A stretch of DNA of 64,000 nt, taken from positions 992,001 through 1,056,000 of the forward strand of contig NW_027117345.1 in assembly GCF_038025025.1 (NCBI RefSeq). Direction: 5' to 3'. The notes under the pieces were generated by a model. That model saw only the letters and a program-made list of their open reading frames with translations, was not told the DNA's origin and searched no databases. How positions within the stretch are numbered: the first letter of the stretch is position 1; each line of letters begins with the position of its first letter. The position numbers and the translations under genes are program-made. The stretch is from Phyllosticta citribraziliensis (taxonomy: Eukaryota). Below are positions 24,358-35,034 of the stretch, piece after piece.

Positions 24358-25659
24358 GGGACTGGTGGAAAAAGGAAAATTGGGACAGGACAAGTGACAA
24401 GAGACTCGTGGAAAAATAAAACGGCAACGGGGCCTCACCTTCATCATGGCCGGCAGTATAAAAAAGTCGTCGGAGCACTTGGTGCCCAAGCACGGACTCG
24501 TCCCTTGCGGGTTCGGTCAGGTCTGGCACACAGGACAGCGCAGGCACAGCTCGGGCCGTTGGTCGGCTTGGACGAACGGATGGCTTGGTGCTTGATCGAG
24601 TGTTTGGGGGGTCTTTAGGCGATGGCTGAGTCGAGTCGGCGTCGAGGCCGGCGGCAAAGGTTGATGGAGAGGGCGAAGAGCGGTAGGTTGCAACGTTTCC
24701 GACGCCGAAGGAAGCTCCAGCTCCCTCCCCTCCCCTCCCCTCCCCTCCGCTCCCCTCCCGCCGACGGGTCCTGACGGGACTCCACCGCCGTCGAGCTATG
24801 GGCGAGCTGCGGCCCGTTTGCGACTCTGTTCAGGTCCTGGCCTGGAATGGACTGATGCTTTCAACCTCATCGCCTCACGCACGCTTTCATCAACGACGCA
24901 GACCAGCACCAAGTGAGCCACGTCGTCTCGTCGCGCCTCCACCGCCAAGGACCTCGCTCCAGCCATTCCGTTCCAACGCCAGCCGACGCCTGCGCTGTCA
25001 CACGGTCAATCAGAAGCAACCCACTCCCAAAAGGAACCCAACGCAGCCCTGCCAGCGGCATCTGGGGCCGACCAACCCATCCGCCCATCCGTCTTCCCCG
25101 TCTCGCCCTAACGCAAGGAACCGCCTCCACACGGCTGCCCGCTGCTTCCAACCCGCCCCTGTCACATTTCACGGCCGGCCTTTTCTGCGCTTCTATACAT
25201 CACTCCTCGCATGGCCTCGTCTTTTCACGCGATACGAATCCACCAGGCCCTCTCCTGCGCCGAGCGTTGGATGCATGGCGTAGATCGCAGCGCCGCCGGA
25301 AAATTGGTACTTCACGCCTCAGATCTCGCAGACACGCGGAGAGCTGCATCATCCATCCAACGCGCATCCATGCCATCTGTCAAAAAAAGAGAAAACCCCG
25401 AGTCGTCCCGTCGTTCCCTAGCCGTCGTCACATCCGTACGGCGGCCTGGCCCTTCTAACACGACCGCCTCTCAATCAGGAACTCGAACAGAACACCAGTC
25501 CAACCCCCGTATCTGCGCCACGCCGAAAAGAGCCGCCGACATGATGTCTCATGATTCAAGCTGCCTGGACTCGGCTGCCTCAAGCGCCCAACCCAGAACT
25601 AACATGCATAAACCGTTGAACCTTAACCATAACGAACTACTTTCGCCTTGAACCTCTGC

Positions 25660-27312
25660 TCACCTACTCCTCAACTCTGCCCCCATTACAGCCGCGCTGA
25701 CCAATCCCAGCCCGCCCAAGATGGACAGGCCCCAAGCCAGAGCTGCTGCCTCGGCCTCGTCCTTGACCGTCTCCTCGTACTCCTCTTCGTGGTCTTGTTG
25801 GGCGAGCTGTGCTGCAGTGGCCGCCGTTGGCTCGTAGTCGGCGTCGTCAGCTGTGTCACCGTCATTCGCCGCCCGGTTGCGCAAGCTGCGCCTGGTGCTT
25901 TGCTTCTCTGTTGGTGCAGGGGTCGAAGTGGCCGTCGAGTTCTTCCTAGGTCGACCGCGGCCTCGCTTGGGAGGTGAGATGGAAGTAGCAGTACTCGTCG
26001 GCTCGCTCTTGACTTGAGGGCTGGGCTGCTTGAATGAGACATGCTTTTCGTCTTCCGTGGCCCGCCGAGTCAAAGGTAGGATGCTACGCAGCATTTCGCT
26101 CACGTCTAGATTCCTTACAGCCGCCCAGAGGCAGAGCGTGAAGCCCGTCAGCACCACGTCCCATCCGACTGCACTGATGATGGGCTCATCGCCAACTGCT
26201 TCCAGAAGTTTGGATACAATCGAGCCTAGCTTTGACAGAATCGATCGCTGCTCATATGGATGCGTGTTCCAGACAAAGTTGTGTGATGGTCGGATACGGT
26301 CTTCGCTCTTGAGTAAACCTCCCCAGAACGACCGGTGGACGAAGAAGCCAAGCGAAACCGCAGCCAGGCCACGAAACATGGTGCTGTCCGAGTGACGCGA
26401 TGCGTGCGGGTTTGCGTGATCTTTTCGCAGACTTTGAGGAAGGAGCTATGTACGTTAGCATCGTGTTGCAGTAGTAATAGACGTCGTAGCTTACCCGCAC
26501 TCCTACCGCAAGAAAAGCCTGAAGCAGGTAAAAAGATATTCCTGCGGCATTGGACACACTGGCAGAGCCTTGGTTGGGTAGAAACCAGATTGACGCAGCG
26601 GACGCAAGCGCAGCCGTCAGGTATACGACTGGATGCGGCGTTGACAGGGAGGCTTTGGTGGAGACGGGGCTGACCAGTAGCATGACGAAAAAGATGCTCT
26701 GAGCGACACTGAGTCCAGCAAACTCAGCAATCGGCCAGAGAGCCAGGAGCTGCATCTTGGGAATGTCGCGACGATGGCCTGCCACGATACGTTAGTAGGT
26801 AAGGTGATGGAGTACGGGCCAGCAATACCTTCTACGCCTACGAATGCTGCAAAGGCTTGTTTGGCGACCAGAAGCTGCTGAGTCCACCAAAGCCCTTTGC
26901 TCGTCCCGAGCGCAACGTCGATGAATTCTCGCGCGGGCCTCATGTCCTGCCACCAGCGCCCGAGCTGCCAGTTCCAGTCATCATCGCCGGCATACCACCC
27001 GTCCCAGAGGGCGCCCGGGGTGACTTCGCCCTTGATCTTGGCCCACGCATCGTACGAGGCCACGAGCGCGGTCGTAGAGTGATAGAGGAGCACCAGGAGG
27101 CACCCAGCGGCGAGAATTCCAAAGCGAGTGATGTTCTTCTTTCGTTGTTCGGTGCGCGCGCGCGTCGTGTGCGTTGGAGGCAGCGCCTGCGACGCCCTGT
27201 GGATGTGGCTAATGACAGTGACGAGGCAAACGTCTACGAGGAAGAACTTGAAGAAGATGGCGAGCAGGGGATCGCGATTCGAGTTGGCGACGTCGGATTC
27301 GACGGGCGCCAT
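25660..27312 (-). CDS. Uncharacterised multi-pass membrane protein with AT-hook-like KRGRGRPRK motif near the C-terminus
   Basis: Exons 27312-26829, 26778-26495, 26445-25660 join three ORF-track segments in frame through canonical introns. Many hydrophobic helices, a basic/acidic loop and a final TM segment. Confidence 0.8.
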
Positions 27313-27802
27313 GGTTGCGGCGTGTAGTTCCTTTGATGAGAGCGCGTCGACTGTGACGGTGCGATGCGATGACGCAATGGGTGTTGGTCCGGGAGGCTGA
27401 TTCGAATCAGCTCCAGCGTCAGAGCGGATGTCGTGGAAACTTGCGCGTAAGACGCGGATGGTTGGTCTGTTGGAAAAGCGAAAGGGTCGCGTCGCGACTA
27501 GAACGCTGTCATGGAATGTTGTTTGTTGGGTTGCAGGCAGGTTTCCTTTCCAGGTGTCGCGTGCAGGGAACCTCCCGAGCTGAGGTGCGGGACGTGCTCA
27601 AGTCATGACGGGAAGGGGTACGCGGGGAAATGACTCGGATGGCCTTCTCCGAGCATGTCGTAATTCCGCAAGGTGGTGGAATGCCCGCGCGTCCTTTGGT
27701 CCCTTCTTTTCATATCTCACCAACCAAAACCCAACAACCTCGACACATTCTACATGTCCCTGCGCCGGGCCTGACTTTTGCTCTCAACGCGCACCACCAG
27801 TC

Positions 27803-28550
27803 ATGTACCACCTCTTCAAAGGCCTGTACATGTACGCAACCAGCAAAGAAGGTCAGTACCATCAATTCGCCATCCAAATGCGTTGAGCGCCGGATCGCCA
27901 TCGCATATACGAGGCCTACGTCCTGACGTTTGATTGTAGAGTACTCCATACTTCTCCTTGGTCTAGATAACGCTGGCAAGACGACGCTGCTCGAGCAGTT
28001 CAAAGCCCTCCACTCGGCGACCCTCCACCCGAAACTCAAGACCGTCCCCACCGTTGGCCAAAATGTCTCGACCATCACCCTGCCGGACATGTACCTCAAG
28101 ATCTGGGACGTCGGTGGACAGCACTCCCTGCGCGGCCTCTGGCAAAGCTACTTCGCCTCGTGCCACGCCATTGTCTTCGTCATCGACAGCAGCGACGTTG
28201 GCGACGCAGACCTGACCAAGCTGGGCGATCGCAATGCCGAGGATGAGGTCGACGGCCGGTTAGAGGAGTGCCGCATGGTGCTGGAAGATGTACTGCAACA
28301 CGAGGATACAGAGGGCGTGCCTTTGCTAGTGCTGGCCAACAAGCAAGACCGCGAGGACTGTGTTGAGGTGGTGCGGATAAAAGAAGGGCTTGTGCGCAAG
28401 GTGTTTGAGGGCGAAAAGGGAGGTGCTGTGCGAGACAGTCGCGTGCTGCCGTGCAGTGCGCTGACGGGGACCGGAGTCAAGGAGGCTGTCGACTGGCTCT
28501 GTAGCAGGGTCAAGTGGAATAAGGAGGCAAGACCGCCGGTGATGCGGTAA
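27803..28550 (+). CDS. ARL3: ARF-like GTPase Arl3 (ARFRP1 orthologue)
   Basis: Exons 27803-27851 and 27940-28550. MYHLFKGLYMYATSKEEYSILLLGLDNAGKTT, PTVGQN, WDVGGQ, LANKQD, CSAL. No Gly2, as expected for ARFRP1/Arl3. Confidence 0.95.
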
Positions 28551-29426
28551 AAGGAGGTGGATCACTCCATGATTGATCTCATGGAGAGTGAAGATGCTGT
28601 AAGAGAAGGCAGCATGCCGCTGGAGTGCTCGTGGGCCACTTCTTGGAGTTCTGGACGGTAAGGCCACCATGGTTTTCTGATTCTGTTTTCTACATCGACT
28701 TTTCCTTCTCAGAGTTGGACAGGGTCGGCTCTGTCATACAAATCACTACTAGATACCCTTCAGATTTTCATCACCTTATCCAACAAGCTGTTCCTATTTC
28801 TTCCCGCTGATAAGCTTCCATACGTTGGATACAGACGCCATCTAATGCCAAACTAGTCCACCTCAGGAATTCTCCACGTGCCTCCGGCGGATGATTGCAG
28901 GCCAAAGCGATCAGGCCACCGGCACATGTCGATCAAGTTCGCAAGTGAGGAAGAGCACTTGCAACCTCAGCTCGAACAGGACCCGCTCAAGTCGAAGATG
29001 AGTGGTTCTCCGCACAAGGCAGGCGAACCCGAAATATCTAGTACGGATCGCCTTCACATGAGGAACACAGCACTCGTGGATTGAATTCAAGTGTTCATTC
29101 TCCACGGCCACCATAGCCGAGCAATACATGAAACTGTCAACAGCTACATGACCATAGCCGAGGCGCAATCAACCAAATGGGCCGATCTGACGGTCCTCCA
29201 ATTTTGGTATGTCGCCCAAATTGCTCCCTGAAGATCGCTTTGGATCTTTAAACATGAAAACCTTCCGAGGAATCGTTTTTTCCTCGTTGCCAGGACCTCG
29301 AACCAACCAAAGATAACGCCTCGCTCGCCAGAAAAAAACCAGGAAGAAGAAAACGCCGCGTCGCATGGGGCTTGCATGGGACAAATGAGAATGATGATGA
29401 TGATGATGTGGTGGTGGAGGGTCTCC

Positions 29427-29750
29427 TCAAGTGGTGACGGCCCAGTCCTTGGTACGCACGACTGATTCCGGGCGTTCGGTGGTTGCGGTCAACTTTGCCC
29501 TCTCCTCGGCGGCGGCCTCCCTCCTGACGGCGTCGTAGCTGGGCGGAGGAGGGGAGCCGGAGGTCGGGGCGTCGACGATGACGGGGTCGAGGAAGATGGC
29601 GCTCTGGATGCGCTGGACGCGCCTCTCGTTTTCCCAGCGGTAGCGGTCAAAGTTGTCGCGGTATTCCTTTTCTGCGTCGCGCAGGGCCTTGCGGCGCTGG
29701 CGTGCTTTTCGCGAGAGGAGCGAGCCGCAGCCGAGGAAGATGGATGGCAT
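29427..29750 (-). CDS. Hypothetical small protein (107 aa; basic helix and PPSY motif)
   Basis: ATG in a CAAAATG context after an A/C-rich leader, strongly GC3-biased codons, helical charged segment and SPPPPSY motif. Confidence 0.6.
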   Translation of the reverse strand: MPSIFLGCGSLLSRKARQRRKALRDAEKEYRDNFDRYRWENERRVQRIQSAIFLDPVIVDAPTSGSPPPPSYDAVRREAAAEERAKLTATTERPESVVRTKDWAVTT

Positions 29751-30783
29751 TTTGGATTGTGGGGTTTTGTGTTGGATCGACGTCGTGGGTGGTTGCGAGA
29801 GAGGGTGGGGATTGACCAGATCCGGCCCACGGTCTCGGAGTTGGAAGATGTATGCGCGTCAAGGTTTGAGCAGATGTGGGGGGACGAATAGCAGGGGATG
29901 AATCGAGGTGCAGTATAAAAGCCAGATGGGGACGGCTATCGTGGGCGGAGGAGATGCAGGGCGAAGGCACCGGTCAAATGGGAGATGCAGGGCAGAAGTG
30001 TAAGGTCGAGAGGGCGAGAAACCGGTGAGGAGAATAAACAGCCCCAGAGCAAGCAAGAAACGGGAGCCAAAAAGAATCATCTCAGCATGGCGGACTTGAG
30101 GACGCGCGCGGTGGTTGGCTAGGGCGTGGGGTTTCGTCATGGCAACGACGGGCTAGCCAAGGTGATGGCAAAGCTTGACGGCGTCTGGATCGACACCAGG
30201 AGCAGCCATGTCCCTGGAAGTCTCCGCCCGGCCCGCAGCAACGACGCATGTCCCGGTATTGGCATAGTAGAGGTTATACCGTTGGGGACCGGTGACGAGG
30301 CCGCGGGACGCGCCGTTGGACGACGTTGTCAGGTCAAGGCCAACCCAGCGGACGCGACGATAAGGGACGAGGTAAACAATAATCCGCAGGTTGGCTGGTT
30401 GGTTGGGCAAAAGAGAGAGAGGAGAGGGTACGTGTATGTATGTAAGAAGGGGGATGCTGGAGTTGAGCTGGCGCGTTACAGCAAAAGCTGACTGATTGTC
30501 GCGGGGATTGGACAGGACGCGCAAGACGGGGGAAGAGAGAAAAAAACAATCAACCGCCAAGGCCACCTGCAGTACCAACTGCCACAGCCGGCTGGTCTCG
30601 CAGTCGCTCACAGCCAACTCCAACAACTTCTTCCCGTCGTCTGCTTCTTCTTCTTCTTTGACAACGTCAACAACCAACTGAAGCTATGGCTGCAAGCTGA
30701 CCCGAGACCTGGCAATGCAATGATTGGAGAGGCTGCGGCTGGGCGGTGCACCCACCGAGTGCGAGTCCGAGTCCAAGGGAGCC

Positions 30784-30819
30784 CTGGTCCTGGTCCTGGT
30801 CCTGGTCCTGGTCCTGGTC
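30784..30819. repeat. (CTGGTC)6 microsatellite
   Basis: Six perfect hexamer units, read directly. Confidence 0.95.
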
Positions 30820-31653
30820 GCCGCCGGCGGGAGGTCCCACTTGGTCTGGTTCGCCCATTCGTTTGGGGCTTCACGCCCGCCGCAATAATATGAGAAGCAC
30901 CCGACACCTTCGATGCCATCGCAAGATTCGCCGTCTTGAAAGCATCCTCTCAGGCTGGGCTGCATCCGACCCGGACCTGATCCAAGAGGTGCCCGCTGAT
31001 CTGCTAAGCCGTTCCCCAGTATGGCTCAGCCGCGCCGCTGCCTTGGTGCAGTGCAGTGCAGTGCAGGCCAGGCAGCGCAGCGCAGCGCAGGGCAGGGCAG
31101 CGCGTCGTATCCATCCATCCTCCCGAAATCGACATTGTGCTCCACTCTGCTCTGAGCCCGTGGGCCTGCGCTGCTACATTACATTGCCTACCTACATACA
31201 TTACTTCTACTGTGCCTACCACCTATCTTGCCCGGCCTCACCTTCTCCTCCCACCCTCTCGTCTTGCTTGCCCTTTGCGCTGCGCTTGCTCTCACACTGT
31301 TGGCTACACCCACAGCCCTAATTCTGTCATCAATCTCTCTCGGCCTTACCGCACTTTGCGATTCCACTCCCTCGGTCGTGCGACGACCCTGTCATACACC
31401 TACAAGTCTCCGCCGCCAGCCTTTTTCCCTCGCCCTCCCATCCTCCAGAACCCTAAACACGCCGCTCGCCGACGACAACAACTCGCCCTCGACCAAAAAG
31501 AAGCGTCCCCGCTGCGCCTGAATCCGCAAGAACTGCGACGCCGTCGCTCTGTATATACGCGCATGGGGCAGCTGCCGACCGTCGACTGAAGCCCAATTGC
31601 TGGCATTCCGAACCACTTCGACCCAGCTTTCTCCTTCGCCAAGACAAGACTCA

Positions 31654-32767
31654 ATGCCGTCGCGGCCTCGGCACGAGTACATGACTGTGAGCGACCTGAA
31701 CGCCGAGAGAGAAGCCGTGCCTGTAAGTCGTCGCCGCCAAATGTCAAGCTCGCTTCTGATGCGTTCCTAGTGGTATTGGAGAGTAACAGCTCTGCTCGCA
31801 ACATGGATGATATTTGGAGGGTGAGTGTGCTGCCATATCATTTTTCGAACCCTGCTGACAACGCGCCAAAAGATATGTCATCATGACTCCTCTCTTCCAT
31901 GAGAACCCAAAAGGCATGATAGCAATCGATCCCAAGGTCCTCACCATTTTCGTCATCGCGCTCTTCATCGTCGGATACTCCCTCACTGGCATCGTCTGCG
32001 TCGCCGTAAAATGCTGGGCGTTTCAAACCGAATCCGTCTTTTTACCGACCATTTCCTCCTCTGCTCTGGGTCTCCTGACTGCGTTGTACAGCTTTCTCGT
32101 ATACCAGCACACCCAATGGAACGCTGCTACCATTATCGCGATTGTCCTGTCGGCAGCCATGACCGTCATCTACACCATACTCTTCTTCCTCACTACCCGG
32201 CGCATCAGCAAGCTCCGCGCCAAGTTGAGCGCAGAGAGGACTTCGACCAATTCAGTGCTGCAGCCCGAGACCACTCCCTATGATGCCTGGATCGCCAACA
32301 TGTTCCCGTCTGTCCGCCCACTTCCGCCCGACTACATTCCTCCATCGGAACAGGAGCCATACAGGCCGTACTACCGCACCGAGGAGGAAGTTGTCAACGA
32401 ACAATTCGCCAAGCTGCTCAAGCAAAGGGAACAAGAATCAAGACTATCTCCCGCCGCCAGCACCAGCACTTTCCGCATCGATCTACCGCAGAATGACGAG
32501 TCGGAAAACGAGGCTAGCCCCAATGCCAGGAGGACCGCCACGCTGCGCGACATGATGAGGCCACAAATTCCGGTCAGGTCGCATGGACAGCCACCAGCAC
32601 ACACCCTCCACGAGTTTTACGCCGTCGGGGCGTCATCGGTGCCCCGACAGCCCAACCAGGACTGGAACCGCGGACGGTCGAGCGCAAGAACCGAAACGGG
32701 GGCGCCGAGGAAAAAAAGTAGAGAAGAGCGCCGGACTGAGATTGAGCTCGGCCGCATGTCGTCGTAA
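31654..32767 (+). CDS. Hypothetical membrane protein (~4 TM, hydrophilic C-terminal tail)
   Basis: Exons 31654-31722, 31771-31820, 31873-32767 splice in frame (..EAVP|WYWRVTALLATWMIFG|GYVIMTP..). Four hydrophobic helices are followed by a polar tail containing PPDY. Confidence 0.8.
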
Positions 32768-33949
32768 AGAGCTGTCAACGCACAATATTGCTCATCATGT
32801 GTTTGGAGTTTACAGAAGGGCGTTTTCGATCTCAGCATTTTCTCCGTCTACGTTTTGGGTCTGTGTTGGTGAACGGAAGGCTTCATTGTAAGGTGTTGGC
32901 GGTGTTGTTTTGTTTGCGTTTTTCTTTTTCCCGTCATTATTCTTGACTTGTCTCGTCTCGGATGCCTTTTACCTGAACGTCCCTGTTGATCACACTGTTG
33001 AGACTCGACACTACCTACACACGCATCTTGTACATTTTACACACGGCGTCCGCGCTGCATGCGCCTTTCTGATATCCATCACCTGCCCTCCTACCATACG
33101 TATCATAGCCTATGTAGCTAGCCAGCTCCTTGATAATGCACTATACCAATATGCATCTACTCCATTTCCGTCCTCAGTCCTCTCTTCTCCAGCCAAGCGT
33201 CATTCAGTCCCTCACAGCCCTCGAGTTTTCCCCACTATTGCTACTCCAGTCTACGTCAGTGCAGGCACGCCTGCACCGCCTCAAATAAGCAAAGGCATCA
33301 GCACCAGCCTCAGGCTCAGGATCAGGCTCAGCCGCAGGCCCACCATGCCCGCCAGCCGATCCACCCACCGCACCGCTCCACCGCCAAGAACTCTTTCCTT
33401 TTGCCCCACGCCCCAGCCTTCCCACGAAACGATGTCATTGTCCTGGGTGCTGTTGTGTGTGCGACCGCACGGCAGAGAGAGACGCAAATAGACCGGATCG
33501 ACATTGCGAGGTGCACGCACGGGGAGGAAGCAGGTACGGCCACACCACATCCGCAGCCGTGCGTCATCCAGGTCATCACTGACGCCACGTCCACCGCCCA
33601 TGTCGCGCATCACGATTCCGTCATGCCAGTTGTCTACCGCTCTTCTCTACACCAAATTCCAAAGAGCCAGAAGTTTCCTTAGGAGAGCTACAATGTCGTG
33701 TTTCTCGCTGCATGACAATTGCTGATGTATATATCTACATCAAGCGATCCGAAATTCCAATTGCAACCCTTGGTGAATGACGAACATCCACCGGACGGCC
33801 AGCCAGCTTGGCGCAGGGGTAACGCGTCGCACTTGTATACAAGCGCGAAAGCCTTGGAATTATGCAATGCGAAGATCGTGTGTTCGATTCACACAGTTGG
33901 CAATTTTGTTTTGTTTTGCTTGAGGGCTGGATGTGCCCACCAATTCACC

Positions 33950-34410
33950 ACCACCCCCGGGTGGGCGTCCAAACGAACGTTTTGGGCGTCCAAATTAAGT
34001 GATTTAACAGACAGCCACTGGTGGTGAGATAATTTACTTAATTTGGGCGTCCACCTGCGCACTTGGGGGCCAAAACTCCCTAGATTTCAGGCATTTTTAG
34101 GCAGTAACTGACTCATGCCTAACTACCAACGCTACTACTAATCACGTAAAAAGCTTAGTAGGTGTAGTAAAATAATTTATATGTAGCTCTTTGTACTAGT
34201 ACTAGCAAATTAGGCGTATCTTCTATAGTATAAAGTGTATAAGTACTTTGTAGAGCATTACTAAGTTCTGCGCGCATGACTCAGCTTTGGCCCCTAAGTG
34301 CGCAGGTGGACGCCCAAATTAAGTAGATTATCTCACCACTAGTGGGCGTCTATTAAATGACTTAATTTGGACGCCCAAAACGTTCATTTGGACGCCCACC
34401 CGGGGGTGGT
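33950..34410. mobile_element. Non-autonomous TIR element (MITE-like, 461 bp, 125-bp terminal inverted repeats)
   Basis: 33950-34074 is the reverse complement of 34286-34410 with 8 mismatches. Each TIR holds three GGGCGTCCA repeats. The 211-bp core is AT/TpA-rich and non-coding. No target-site duplication could be identified, so the superfamily is unassigned (long TIRs suggest Mutator-like). Confidence 0.9.
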
Positions 34411-35034
34411 TGTCAAATGAGGGTAACATGGAGGAGAGAGAGGGTGGGGGCGATACACGTTTATTTTGTCGGTTGGTTGGAGGTGAGGGTTCTGGCTACA
34501 TGTAGGTAAGGGGTATGGGGTATGTGAGGATGGGTACGGAATGGGGGAGACCTTCTCGTGGATATTGGAAGGGCGAGGGAGCTTTGAAGAGAAGAATACG
34601 GGAGACAAGCTAGTCTTGTCTAACATTTGTATCTTGTTATGCGATGGATTGAATGTCTACGAGGTTGACTCTTTGCAACTAGTGGCAGTTGAATGTTCAA
34701 TTGATCTATGGTAAGTGCCCAATGCTCGACGAAACAACAGTCAACGCAAAGAGGGTGTGTATAGAATGGTGAGAACAGCATCTTCAAGCAGAACATGCCC
34801 AGTCTCGTTCTTGGACCGCCAATATAAGACAACAAATAAGCTTATACCAATTGAGGAGCGGACCGGATGGTTGCCGACTTCAAGGTGCTTTGCTCGGGTC
34901 AACATGCCCTTTCAGCGGCCCGCAAAGCCTATCGATAACTCCCGACGCGAAAAACTACCAGGCTAGCCGCGTCGTCGACAATTTGCAAACCACAACCCTC
35001 CAAACAATCACCACCATCTTTACCACCAATCACT

